In this document: positions 1-8,394 of the stretch, piece by piece
How the letters are laid out: each line of letters opens with the position of its first letter
How positions within the stretch are numbered: position 1 is the stretch's first letter
DNA from: an uncultured Pseudomonadota bacterium
GTDB lineage: Bacteria > Pseudomonadota > Gammaproteobacteria > Steroidobacterales > Steroidobacteraceae
DNA length: 64,000 nucleotides
NCBI GenBank assembly: GCA_902826635.1
Contig: CADEFQ010000008.1
Coordinates: 23,271 to 87,270, forward strand
Direction: 5' to 3'
The notes under the pieces: generated by a model
Databases searched by the model: none
What the model was told of the DNA's origin: nothing
What the model saw: the letters and a program-made list of their open reading frames with translations, nothing else
Position numbers and translations under genes: made by a program

Positions 1-233
1 GCGATGTCGACGACATCGAGCGTGTGGCCCGAGGTTTCGCCCTTTTCCCACAGTCGTTTGCGGCTGCGGCTGTAGAAGACGGCGCGGCCGCGTTCGAGCG
101 TGGCGGAGAGCGACGCCGGGTTCATGTATCCGAGCATCAGGACGCCGCCGCCGTCCGCGTCCTGGACGATCGCGGGCACGAGCCCATCGCGCGCGTCGAA
201 GGCGATCGTCATCATATCGGCCTTGGAAATCAT
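1..233 (-). CDS. hisI: Phosphoribosyl-AMP cyclohydrolase (HisI domain), N-terminal part; 3-prime end runs off the window
   Basis: My reverse translation of 233..1 reads [74 protein letters not shown], typical HisI. The ATG overlaps the hisF stop (ATGA) and the gene follows hisF in the his operon. Confidence 0.85.
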   Translation of the reverse strand, partial: MISKADMMTIAFDARDGLVPAIVQDADGGGVLMLGYMNPASLSATLERGRAVFYSRSRKRLWEKGETSGHTLDVVDI

Positions 234-997
234 GGCCTCACCGCCAGACCCGATGCGGCGAGGGCCGCCTTGAGATCGGGGATCCGGATCGAGCCGGAGT
301 GAAACACACTCGCCGCGAGCGCCGCGTCGACACCGGTGCCGCGGAACACGGCCTCGAAATGCTCGATCGCGCCGGCGCCGCCCGAGGCGACGAGCGGCAC
401 GTTGCAGACGGCGCGCACGGCGGCGAGCTGTGCCAGATCGTAGCCGGCGCGCACGCCGTCGCTCGCCATGCAGTTGAGCACGATCTCGCCCGCGCCGCGA
501 TCCTGTACTTCACGCACCCACGTGATGGTATCCCGGCCCGCGTCGCGCGCGCGATCCGGGTCGCCCGTGAGGGCGTGGACGCGGTAGCCTTTCGCCGCGG
601 TTTCGCTGTCGATGCCGACGACGACGCACTGCGAGCCGAAGCGCGCGGCGAGGCGGTCGATCAGCGACGGATCGGCGATTGCGGGGGAGTTCACGGAGAT
701 CTTTTCGGCTCCGGCGGCGAGCACGGCCTCGGCGTCGGCGACGCTGCGGATGCCGCCTGCGACGCAGAAAGGGATGTCGAGCACGCCCGCGACCCGCCGC
801 ACCCAGTCCCGATCGACGGAGCGGCCCTCGGGGCTCGCCGTGATGTCGTAGAACACGAGTTCGTCCGCGCCCTCGTCGCGATAGCGTGCCGCAAGCTCGA
901 GGATCTCGCCGACGACGGCGTGGCCGCGGAAGCGCACGCCTTTGACGACGCGGTCCTCGCGCACGTCGAGGCACGGAATTATGCGGCGGGCAAGTAT
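230..997 (-). CDS. hisF: Imidazole glycerol phosphate synthase cyclase subunit HisF; no canonical start codon at the expected position
   Basis: The ORF 230..964 translation is typical HisF ([18 protein letters not shown]-like, [14 protein letters not shown]). The ORF-track start is the internal Val of the conserved RIIPCLDV strand. Upstream, the frame reads [16 protein letters not shown], with ATA (997-995) where Met is expected. Confidence 0.85.
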   Translation of the reverse strand: MLARRIIPCLDVREDRVVKGVRFRGHAVVGEILELAARYRDEGADELVFYDITASPEGRSVDRDWVRRVAGVLDIPFCVAGGIRSVADAEAVLAAGAEKISVNSPAIADPSLIDRLAARFGSQCVVVGIDSETAAKGYRVHALTGDPDRARDAGRDTITWVREVQDRGAGEIVLNCMASDGVRAGYDLAQLAAVRAVCNVPLVASGGAGAIEHFEAVFRGTGVDAALAASVFHSGSIRIPDLKAALAASGLAVRP

Positions 998-1719
998 GGC
1001 TGCAGCTCCGCGGGTTCGAGCCGATTCTCGAGCAGCGCCTTGCCGCTGATCGCGGCGCTGACGCCCAGCTGCGCAAGCGCGGCGAGATCAGCACTGTCGC
1101 GCACGCCGCCCGAGGCCTGCCAGGCGATTTTCGGGTAGCGACGGATCGCCTCGGCGTAGAGCGCAAGGTTCGGTCCGCCGAGCGCGCCGTCGCGCGCAAC
1201 ATCGGTGCAGAGGACATGCGTGAGGCCGACAGTCTCGTAGTCCGCGACGGCGTCCCACAGGCTCGCGCCTGAGCCCTGCACCCAGCCACGCGTCTGCACG
1301 CGAGGTGTCGCGGAGTCGGTTTCGCGTACGTCGAGCGCGAGGCAAATCCGGTCGGGTCCGAAATGCCTGAACCAGCGCCGCACTTCCGCGGCCTGCTCGA
1401 TCGCGGCGCTGCCGACCACGACGCGCGCGACCCCGTTCTGCAACAGGTCCTCGATGATCGCCTGTGAGCGCAGGCCGCCACCGACCTGCAGGCGCAGCCG
1501 GTTTCGCGCCGCAAGCGCGAGCACGATGTCCCGATGGGCGAGTGTGCCGGTTCGTGCGCCGTCCAGGTCGACGACGTGCAGCCAGCTCGCGCCGAAGGAC
1601 GCGTAGCGTTCGAGCAGTGCGCCTGCACTCACGTCGTAGCGTGTTTCGGCGTCGAACGCGCCCTGGCGCAGGCGCACGCAGTGACCACCGTGGAGATCGA
1701 CCGAGGGAATCAGCAGCAT
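979..1719 (-). CDS. hisA: ProFAR isomerase HisA
   Basis: [20 protein letters not shown]... N-terminus typical of HisA. The long ORF 979..1962 is trimmed to this internal ATG (cat at 1717-1719). Sits between hisH and hisF. Confidence 0.9.
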   Translation of the reverse strand: MLLIPSVDLHGGHCVRLRQGAFDAETRYDVSAGALLERYASFGASWLHVVDLDGARTGTLAHRDIVLALAARNRLRLQVGGGLRSQAIIEDLLQNGVARVVVGSAAIEQAAEVRRWFRHFGPDRICLALDVRETDSATPRVQTRGWVQGSGASLWDAVADYETVGLTHVLCTDVARDGALGGPNLALYAEAIRRYPKIAWQASGGVRDSADLAALAQLGVSAAISGKALLENRLEPAELQPYLPAA

Positions 1720-2321
1720 GCGGGCTGTCGCATGAAGTTCCGGAGCACCTGCGCGCCGGCCCGGCTCGAGCGTTCGGGATGGAACTGCGTGCCGGAGAAA
1801 TTGCCTCGTCTCACGACGGCCGCGAGGTCGGCACCGTAGTCCGTGACCGCGACGGTGTCGTCCGTGACGGGCGCCGCGTAGCCGTGCACGAAGTAGAGGT
1901 GCTCGCCGTCCGTCAGCTCGTCGAGCAAGGGGTCGCTGCGACGCGCGCGGATCCGGTTCCACCCCATATGCGGCACAGGTCGTCCCGTTGCGGGTTCGAG
2001 TCGGCGTACGACGGCCGGGATGATGCCAAGGCAGGGCGTGTCGCCTTCCTCCGATCGTTCGTACAGCAACTGCATGCCGAGGCAGATGCCGAGCAACGGT
2101 TGTTGCAGCGACGGCAGCACGCGATCCAGCCCGGTTCGGTGCAGGCGCGCCATCGCATCCTGCGCGCAGCCGACGCCGGGGAGCAGTACGCGCGGGGCGC
2201 CGCGGATCGTTGCCGCGTCGGCGCTGACGACGCTGCCTGCACCGAGACGGGCGAGTGCGATCTGAAGTGACGCAAGGTTCGCGCCGCCGCTATCGACGAT
2301 CACGACATCCACCGTCCCCAT
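1710..2321 (-). CDS. hisH: Imidazole glycerol phosphate synthase glutamine amidotransferase subunit HisH
   Basis: MGTVDVVIVDSGGANLASLQ ... GICLGMQLL (catalytic Cys motif) ... GTQFHPE. The start ATG overlaps the hisB stop (ATGA at 2319-2323). Confidence 0.9.
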   Translation of the reverse strand: MGTVDVVIVDSGGANLASLQIALARLGAGSVVSADAATIRGAPRVLLPGVGCAQDAMARLHRTGLDRVLPSLQQPLLGICLGMQLLYERSEEGDTPCLGIIPAVVRRLEPATGRPVPHMGWNRIRARRSDPLLDELTDGEHLYFVHGYAAPVTDDTVAVTDYGADLAAVVRRGNFSGTQFHPERSSRAGAQVLRNFMRQPACC

Positions 2322-3394
2322 CACAACATACCCTTGGTGCTCGGCAGATCGCTGCCTTCGCGCCGGATCGCCTGCCGCAACGCCCGACCCACCGACTTGA
2401 AGCAAGCCTCGATCATGTGGTGCGTGTTCTCGCCCGTGACGGTGAGATGGATGGCGGCGCCGAGGGCTTCGGCCAGCGAGCGAAAGAAATGCGGCACGAG
2501 TTCGCTCGGCAGGCCGCCCACTTGCTCGCGACCGAAGTGCCCGTCGAACATCGCGTACGCACGGCCCGACAGATCGAGCGCCACCTGTGCCCGTGCCTCG
2601 TCCATCGGCAGCAGAAATCCGTAGCGTCCGATCCCGCGTTTGTCGCCAAGTGCCCGGCGCAGCGCTTCGCCGAGCGCGAGCGCGCAATCTTCGATCGTGT
2701 GGTGTTCGTCGACATGCAGGTCACCGTCGCACGCCAGGTCGAGGGCGAAACCGCCGTGCTTCGCGAGTTGTTCCAGCATGTGATCGAAGAAACCGATGCC
2801 GGTCACGGCCTTCACGGGTTCGCGCGCATCGAGGTCGAGGCAAACCCGGATACTCGTCTCGCGGGTACGGCGCTCGACCGTCGCACGGCGCGCGGTCAGT
2901 TCCTGCACGAGGGCAGGCCACGTTTCAGCGGCGGTGCCGCCCTGGCGCACGCGGAGCGCGCGTACCCCGAGATTGGCCGCGAACTCCATGTCCGTGTCCC
3001 GATCACCGATCATGGCGCTCGCGGCGAGGTCGATGGAGCACTCGCGCACCCAGGCGTCCACGAGTCCGGTGCGGGGCTTTCGGCAAGCGCACGCATCCCG
3101 CTTGAAGTGCGGACAGATGAAGATCGCCTTGAACTCGATTCCCTGGCTCGCGAAGGCGTCGAGTACGAAACGATGCGGCGTCTCGAAGGCCGTGAGCGGA
3201 AAACCCGGGGTGCCGAGACCGTCCTGGTTGGTGACCATTGCAAACTGGTAGCCGCGGTCCCTCAGTGCCGACAGGGCGGCGAACACGCCGGGCATGAACT
3301 TCACCTTGTCGAGCGAGTCGACTTGTTCATCGGGTGGCTCCTCGATCAGCGTGCCATCGCGGTCGACGAACACCACGGGCGCTTCGTTCAGCAT
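2321..3394 (-). CDS. hisB: Bifunctional histidinol-phosphatase / imidazoleglycerol-phosphate dehydratase HisB
   Basis: 357 aa. The N-terminal HAD phosphatase has FVDRDGTLIEE and MVTNQDG. The C-terminal IGPD has GIGFFDHMLEQL and HHTIED. This fused form is typical of gammaproteobacteria. Confidence 0.92.
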   Translation of the reverse strand: MLNEAPVVFVDRDGTLIEEPPDEQVDSLDKVKFMPGVFAALSALRDRGYQFAMVTNQDGLGTPGFPLTAFETPHRFVLDAFASQGIEFKAIFICPHFKRDACACRKPRTGLVDAWVRECSIDLAASAMIGDRDTDMEFAANLGVRALRVRQGGTAAETWPALVQELTARRATVERRTRETSIRVCLDLDAREPVKAVTGIGFFDHMLEQLAKHGGFALDLACDGDLHVDEHHTIEDCALALGEALRRALGDKRGIGRYGFLLPMDEARAQVALDLSGRAYAMFDGHFGREQVGGLPSELVPHFFRSLAEALGAAIHLTVTGENTHHMIEACFKSVGRALRQAIRREGSDLPSTKGML

Positions 3395-4449
3395 GCAAGA
3401 CTCCCGATGAGTCGGTCATTCTGCTCCGCACTGCCGACGGTGATGCGCAGCGCCTTCCTCAGCCCAGGCCTGTCTGAAAAGTCGCGCACGTGCAGGCGCG
3501 CGTCCCGCAGTCGTGCGAGGGCGCGCGCCGGATCGTCGAACTCGACCAGCAGGAAATTGGCGTCGCTCGGCCACACCCGTGTGACGCACGGCGAGGCCGC
3601 GAGCGCGGCACCCAGCCGGGCCCGCTCGTGCACGATTGCCGCGATGCGTTCGCGGGCAAGGCGTTGCTGATGCGCATCGAGCGCCCGCTGCGCCGCCTCG
3701 ATCGAAGGTTGCGCGATCGCATAGGGCGGAACGAGCTTGCGAAGCAGGTTGACGATGCGCGGATCGGCGAGCAGCGTGCCGATCCGTGCGCCGGCGAGCC
3801 CGTATGCCTTCGACAGGGTGCGCAGGACCACGACATGCGGAAGCCGCGCAATCCATTGCACCCAGCTATCGGTGCCGGCGAACTCGACGTACGCCTCGTC
3901 AATCACAGTCAGTGCGGAGCCGGCCGTCGCTTGCGCGATGCGCGTGACGGCAGCGCGGTCGAGCAGGTTGCCCGTCGGGTTGTTCGGCGTGCACAGGAAG
4001 ACGAGTTTGACGTCGCCGAGCCCACAGCGCGCTTCGATGGCCTCGACGTCCGGTTCGAAGCCCGCTTCCTCCCGAAGCGGGATCGACACCACCTCGGCGC
4101 CCTGGATTTGCGCCGCTACCGCGTACATGCCGAAAGTGGGCGGGCAAATCACCACGGCGTCGCGTCCCGCGGCGCAGAACCCGCGTACGAGCAGGTCGAT
4201 GGCCTCGTCGCTGCCCCGGCAGGGTAGCGCGCAGCGTGGGTCGACTCCATAGAGAGCGGCGAGCAACGCTCCGAGGTGCTCGGGATGAGGCTCGGGGTAG
4301 CGGTTGAGGCCAGCGTCGGAGCAGTCGGTCGCGGTCCGCCACGGCAGCTCATTCGCGTGCAGCCGCTCGAAATGCGGGTGCGACGAGGCCTGATCGTGCG
4401 CCGCGAGCGCGCGAATCTCGGGCCGCGCGAGCGCGAGTGGATCGCTCAT
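3388..4449 (-). CDS. hisC: Histidinol-phosphate aminotransferase HisC
   Basis: MSDPLALARPEIRALAAHDQ..., NRYPEP, PNNPTGN and TLSKAYGLAGARIG (PLP-Lys motif). Trimmed from ORF 3388..4611. The ATG overlaps the hisD stop. Confidence 0.9.
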   Translation of the reverse strand: MSDPLALARPEIRALAAHDQASSHPHFERLHANELPWRTATDCSDAGLNRYPEPHPEHLGALLAALYGVDPRCALPCRGSDEAIDLLVRGFCAAGRDAVVICPPTFGMYAVAAQIQGAEVVSIPLREEAGFEPDVEAIEARCGLGDVKLVFLCTPNNPTGNLLDRAAVTRIAQATAGSALTVIDEAYVEFAGTDSWVQWIARLPHVVVLRTLSKAYGLAGARIGTLLADPRIVNLLRKLVPPYAIAQPSIEAAQRALDAHQQRLARERIAAIVHERARLGAALAASPCVTRVWPSDANFLLVEFDDPARALARLRDARLHVRDFSDRPGLRKALRITVGSAEQNDRLIGSLAC

Positions 4450-5759
4450 GGCAGCGCCGCGAGCCGCAGCTCGACGGCGGCTGCGTGCGCGTCGAGCCCT
4501 TCGAGGCGCGCGAGAGTAACGGCGGTCGGCCCGAGCGCGGCGAGGCCGCTCGCGGACAGTTCCTGCACCGTGATGCGCTTCAAGAAGTCGAGCAGCGAGA
4601 GGCCGCTGCATGCGCGCGCATGGCCGTAGGTCGGCAGCACGTGGTTGGCGCCGGAGCAGTAGTCACCGATCGGTTCGGGTGACCACGGACCGATGAAAAT
4701 CGAGCCGGCACTTGCGATCGAATCGAGCCAGCGGCGCGGTTCGCGCACTTGCAGGATGAGATGCTCGGGCGCGTAGACATTCGACACGGCGATCGCGGCA
4801 GGCACGTCACTCGCCACGATCACGCGTATTGCGCCGGCCGAATGCCGGAGAATGCTCTGGCGCGCGAGGCGCGGCAATTGTCGTTCGAGTTCCGCGACCA
4901 CTGCGCCCGCAAGCGCTGCCGAGTCGGTGACGAGAATCGCCTGCGCGACCGGATCGTGTTCGGCCTGCGCCAGCAGATCGGCGGCAACGAATGCCGCGCT
5001 CGCGGAGTCGTCGGCGATGACGAGCACTTCGGAAGGTCCGGCGGGAAGGTCACGCGCGGCGCCGTCCGGATCGGCAGCGACGATCTCCTTTGCGGCGGTG
5101 ACCCAAGCATTTCCAGGGCCGTAGATCTTGTCGACCTTGGGCACGGATTCGGTGCCATAGGCGAGGGCGGCGATCGCCTGTGCGCCACCGATCTTGAAGA
5201 CCGTGTCGACGCCACATGATTGCGCCGCGACGAGTACGGCGGCGCTCGCGCGGCCCTCGCGATCGGGGGCGGTGCAGAGGATTCGCCGTCGGCAGCCCGC
5301 CAGCCGCGCCGGCACCGCCAGCATGATCGCGGCGGACGGCAACGGAGCGGAGCCCGCAGGGACGTAGAGCCCCACCGACGACACCGGCCGCCACAGTTGT
5401 TCGCAACGCACTCCCGGCATCGTTTCGATCGACAGCTGCGTGGGACGTTGCGCCGCGTGAAAGGCGCCGACATTGGCGATGGCCCGCTCGATCGCGGCGA
5501 TTTCGTGGGTCGCAAGCAGGCTCCGCGCGGTCGCAAATTCCGCGGGCGAGACGGCGAAGGCGCCGAGCCGATCGGGCGACACTTGATCGAAGCGCTCGGC
5601 AAAACGGCGCACGGCGTCATCGCCGCCGGTGCGCACGGCGTCGACGATCGCGCGCGCCTGCGCGACGTCGTCGCCCTGCGGCGCGCGCGGCCGGGAAAGG
5701 AGCACTGCGCGCGCCGCCGCATCGAGTCGCGCCCATTCGTGGATCGGGAGGGCGCTCAC
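4446..5759 (-). CDS. hisD: Histidinol dehydrogenase HisD
   Basis: The translation contains IYGPGNAWVTAAK, AGPSEVLVIAD, QAEHD and GDYCSGANHVLPT. The GTG start at 5759-5757 (VSALPIHEW) overlaps the hisG stop (GTGA). 437 aa. Confidence 0.9.
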   Translation of the reverse strand: MSALPIHEWARLDAAARAVLLSRPRAPQGDDVAQARAIVDAVRTGGDDAVRRFAERFDQVSPDRLGAFAVSPAEFATARSLLATHEIAAIERAIANVGAFHAAQRPTQLSIETMPGVRCEQLWRPVSSVGLYVPAGSAPLPSAAIMLAVPARLAGCRRRILCTAPDREGRASAAVLVAAQSCGVDTVFKIGGAQAIAALAYGTESVPKVDKIYGPGNAWVTAAKEIVAADPDGAARDLPAGPSEVLVIADDSASAAFVAADLLAQAEHDPVAQAILVTDSAALAGAVVAELERQLPRLARQSILRHSAGAIRVIVASDVPAAIAVSNVYAPEHLILQVREPRRWLDSIASAGSIFIGPWSPEPIGDYCSGANHVLPTYGHARACSGLSLLDFLKRITVQELSASGLAALGPTAVTLARLEGLDAHAAAVELRLAALP

Positions 5760-6655
5760 GCGAGCATTTTCTCCACCGGCAGCACGAGCACGGCGCTCGC
5801 GCCGGCGCGCTTCAGGCTCTCCAGTGTTTCCCAGAACACGGTTTCCCGGCACACCGCGTGGACGGCCACCCGGTCGGGGTGGCCTTCGAGCGGAATGATC
5901 GTCGGCGATTCGCTGCCCGGAAGCAGCTGGCGGATCTGCGCCAGCGCCGAGCGTGGTGCGTGCAGCATGATGTACTTGCTTTCCTTCACTTGCTGCACGC
6001 CATCGACGCGCATCAGCAGGCGCTCGACCCATTCCGTCTTCACCGGCGCGAGCGCTACCGGCGTGCGGATCAGCACGGCGTGGCTCTCGAGCACGGTCTC
6101 GACTTCCACGAGATGGTTGGCCGCGAGCGTCGAGCCCGTCGAGACGAGGTCGCAGATCGCGTCGGCGCGGCCGAGGCGCGGTGCGATCTCGACTGCCCCC
6201 GACAACGTGACGATTTGCGCGCGCACGCCGTGACGCGCGAGGTACTGCGCGAGCAGGTTGGGATAGGTCGTAGCGATGCGCTTGCCGTCGAGCGAGGCCG
6301 GGCCGGACCAGGGCGATTGCTGCGGCAACGCGATCGACAGGCGACAGCGCCCGAAATCGAGGAGCCGCAGGCTGTCGAACGAAGCGACGATGCCGCGGGC
6401 CGCGAGCGCGAGCCGTTTCTCCTCGATCACGTTCAGGCCAACGAGGCCGAGGTCGCAGACGTCTTCCTGCACGAGGTCCGGGATGTCGTCGTCGCGCACG
6501 AACAGCACATCGAGCGGCATGTTCTCGCCGAACGCGAGCAATTGATCCTTGCCGCGCGCGAGCTTCAGGCCGCAGCGCGTCAGCAGGTCGATCGACGGGT
6601 CGGTGAGGCGACCCGATTTCTGTACCGCGAGCTTGAGGCGGGTGTCCTTATCCAC
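5756..6655 (-). CDS. hisG: ATP phosphoribosyltransferase, long form, HisG
   Basis: 299 aa: LKLAVQKSGRL, DVLFVRDDDIPDLV, DLVSTGSTLAAN, plus a C-terminal regulatory domain. GTG start. First enzyme gene of the operon. Confidence 0.9.
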   Translation of the reverse strand: MDKDTRLKLAVQKSGRLTDPSIDLLTRCGLKLARGKDQLLAFGENMPLDVLFVRDDDIPDLVQEDVCDLGLVGLNVIEEKRLALAARGIVASFDSLRLLDFGRCRLSIALPQQSPWSGPASLDGKRIATTYPNLLAQYLARHGVRAQIVTLSGAVEIAPRLGRADAICDLVSTGSTLAANHLVEVETVLESHAVLIRTPVALAPVKTEWVERLLMRVDGVQQVKESKYIMLHAPRSALAQIRQLLPGSESPTIIPLEGHPDRVAVHAVCRETVFWETLESLKRAGASAVLVLPVEKMLA

Positions 6656-6953
6656 GGGCGCGCCGCACCGCGGTCGCGTAGCCGCCGTTGCCCTCCGACA
6701 GATAGCGCGCGACGCGCCCGACGGTCGTGATGCTGACGCCGGTCTCGCGATGGATCTCCCGATAGGGCAGGCCGCGTTCCAGACATTCGACTACGGCCCA
6801 ACGGTCTGCCATGGCCTCGATTTCCGCCGGCGTGCACAGGTCCCGGAAGAACGCCCGGATCTCATCGACCGTGCGCAGCGTCAGCACGGCGGCGAAGAGG
6901 CTGCGTTCGTGCTGGGCTTCCTGGCGGGCCGAGACGTTCAGGTGCTGTTTCAT
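6648..6953 (-). CDS. YerC/YecD-family TrpR-like DNA-binding protein
   Basis: 101 aa: FRDLCTPAEIEAMADRWAVVECLERGLPYREIHRETGVSITTVGRVARYL, matching the Trp-repressor-like YerC/YecD fold with its helix-turn-helix. Its stop overlaps the hisG start by 8 nt. Confidence 0.8.
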   Translation of the reverse strand: MKQHLNVSARQEAQHERSLFAAVLTLRTVDEIRAFFRDLCTPAEIEAMADRWAVVECLERGLPYREIHRETGVSITTVGRVARYLSEGNGGYATAVRRARG

Positions 6954-6968
6954 GGGGAGTGATCTAAC

Positions 6969-6986
6969 GTATTAACGTGTTAATAC
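6969..6986. promoter_or_regulatory. Perfect inverted repeat GTATTAAC-GT-GTTAATAC, candidate operator overlapping the yerC-like/his promoter
   Basis: Read directly: 8-bp arms with a 2-bp spacer inside a roughly 30-bp AT-rich patch in an otherwise GC-rich genome. It lies 16-33 bp upstream of the yerC-like ATG (6953). On the minus strand it sits between a TTGTGA (-35-like) and includes TAATAC (-10-like). Confidence 0.5.
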
Positions 6987-7099
6987 ATTATCACAAGCTG
7001 CCCCCGCGGTACAGGGGTATCCGATACACCGGGAGGGCGGGCCGGTGGGACGGCGAGCCGGTGGCGACCGGGCATAGGCCGGATTTGCGCTTGCCGTTC

Positions 7100-7129
7100 T
7101 TGACCACCGGGCGGGGTGCACCCTAGACT
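7100..7129 (+). promoter_or_regulatory. Sigma70-type promoter candidate for the riboswitch-metX-metB transcript
   Basis: TTGACC (7100-7105), 18-bp spacer, TAGACT (7124-7129). The predicted start falls a few nt before the riboswitch P1 helix at 7138. Confidence 0.5.
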
Positions 7130-7137
7130 GCGCGCCA

Positions 7138-7247
7138 CTCATCGAGACCGGCTGAGGGACAGGCCCTTGGAAGCCGGGGCAACCAGCGAACCCAACCCGT
7201 TCGCCCGGTGCCAACTCCTGCGGTAGCCCCCAGCGCCGTGAGATGAG
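7138..7247 (+). promoter_or_regulatory. SAM-I (S-box) riboswitch
   Basis: CTCATCGAGACCGGCTGAGGGACAGGCCCTTGGAAGCCGGGGCAACC...GGTGCCAACTCCTGCGG...GAGATGAG. This matches conserved S-box blocks (GAGGGA, GGCCC, GAAGCC, GCAACC, GGTGCCAA-TCC-GC) and closes a P1 helix (CTCATC/GATGAG). It lies directly upstream of methionine genes. Confidence 0.85.
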
Positions 7248-7359
7248 CGGTCGGCAGAGCCGGCGGGTCGATGAGACCCCCGGATGGATGCCAGACGCCC
7301 CGCCCTTGACGGCGGGTGCTCGCCGCAGGAGTGCCGATGACTTGATAGAGGCACTCGAG

Positions 7360-8394
7360 ATGAAGCATCCGACCCAGTCCGATTCCGACTCACCGACGGT
7401 GATCAACGACCGTTTGCGCCCTGTCGTGCGCGAGGGTGTTCTCGAAGTTCCGGGCGACCTTGATCTCTACCACGGCGGGCATTTGACGGGCGTGCACGTT
7501 GCGTGGCGCATCGAGGGCCCTGCGGGCGCGCCGATCGTCGCGACGCTCGGCGGAATCTCCGCGCATCGGCGTGTATTCGGGGACAAAACGGGCGAGGGCT
7601 GGTGGAATGAAGTCGTCGGACCGGGGCGTGCGCTCGACGCGGCGCTCGTGCGGGTGCTGTCGTTCGACTATCTCGGCGGCAGCGGCGAAACGACCGGACC
7701 GCGCAGCGGCGAGAGCTTTCCGGGCGTGTCCACCTACGATCAGGCGGAACTCCTGCTGCGCCTCCTGAACCACCTTGGCGTGAAGGCATTGCACGCGATT
7801 GTCGGTGCCTCGTATGGCGGCATGGTGGCCCTCGCTTTTGCCGAGCGCTATCCGGAACGCGTCGGCGAGATCGTCGTGATCAGCGCCGCCGACCGTGCCC
7901 ATCCGATGGCGACGGCCTGGCGCAGCGTGCAGCGACGCATGCTGCGCTTCGCCGCCAGCTGCGGTCGCGCGGCCGAAGGTCTCGAATTGGCCCGCGCACT
8001 CGCGATGGCGACCTATCGCAGCCCGGAGGAATTCGCCGCGCGATTCTCCGGCGCGCCCCGCAAGGAAGCACACGGCGCCGTGTTCCCGGTCGAGGAATAC
8101 CTGTTCGCGCGCGGGGCCGACTACGCAGCCCGCCACCAGCCGGAAGCTTTCCAGTGCCTGTCGGAGTCGATCGACCTGCACCAGGTCGACGCCGGGCGCA
8201 TTTTCGTCCCGACGACTGCGGTCGCGGTGCGCGAGGACCAGCTCGTTCCGGTCGCGGACGTGCGCCGTCTCGTGGCGCGGCTCGCGCACGCCCGACTGCA
8301 CGAGATTTCGTCCGTCTACGGGCACGACGCCTTCCTCAAGGAAGGCGCCCAGCTGAAACCCGCCTTTGCCGCCTTCCTTGGGAGTGTTGCGTGA
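7360..8394 (+). CDS. metX: Homoserine O-acyltransferase (MetX family, alpha/beta hydrolase)
   Basis: MKHPTQS..., GGISAHRRVF, WWNEVVGPGRALD, IVGASYGGMVALAF (nucleophile elbow) and SVYGHDAFLKE. The ORF-track start at 7243 lies inside riboswitch P1, so the ATG at 7360 is preferred. Confidence 0.85.
   Translation: MKHPTQSDSDSPTVINDRLRPVVREGVLEVPGDLDLYHGGHLTGVHVAWRIEGPAGAPIVATLGGISAHRRVFGDKTGEGWWNEVVGPGRALDAALVRVLSFDYLGGSGETTGPRSGESFPGVSTYDQAELLLRLLNHLGVKALHAIVGASYGGMVALAFAERYPERVGEIVVISAADRAHPMATAWRSVQRRMLRFAASCGRAAEGLELARALAMATYRSPEEFAARFSGAPRKEAHGAVFPVEEYLFARGADYAARHQPEAFQCLSESIDLHQVDAGRIFVPTTAVAVREDQLVPVADVRRLVARLAHARLHEISSVYGHDAFLKEGAQLKPAFAAFLGSVA

Noticed and set aside
6954-7137. Search for a His-rich leader peptide and attenuator upstream of the his operon
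   Set aside because: The minus strand shows no run of CAC/CAT codons and no hairpin plus U-tract. An operator-type palindrome was found instead.
7243-7359. The ORF-track start of metX at 7243
   Set aside because: The ATG lies within the 3-prime strand of the riboswitch P1 helix (GAGATGAG). The encoded N-terminal extension (MSGRQSRRVDETPGW...) is not MetX-like. The ATG at 7360 (MKHPTQ...) is used instead.
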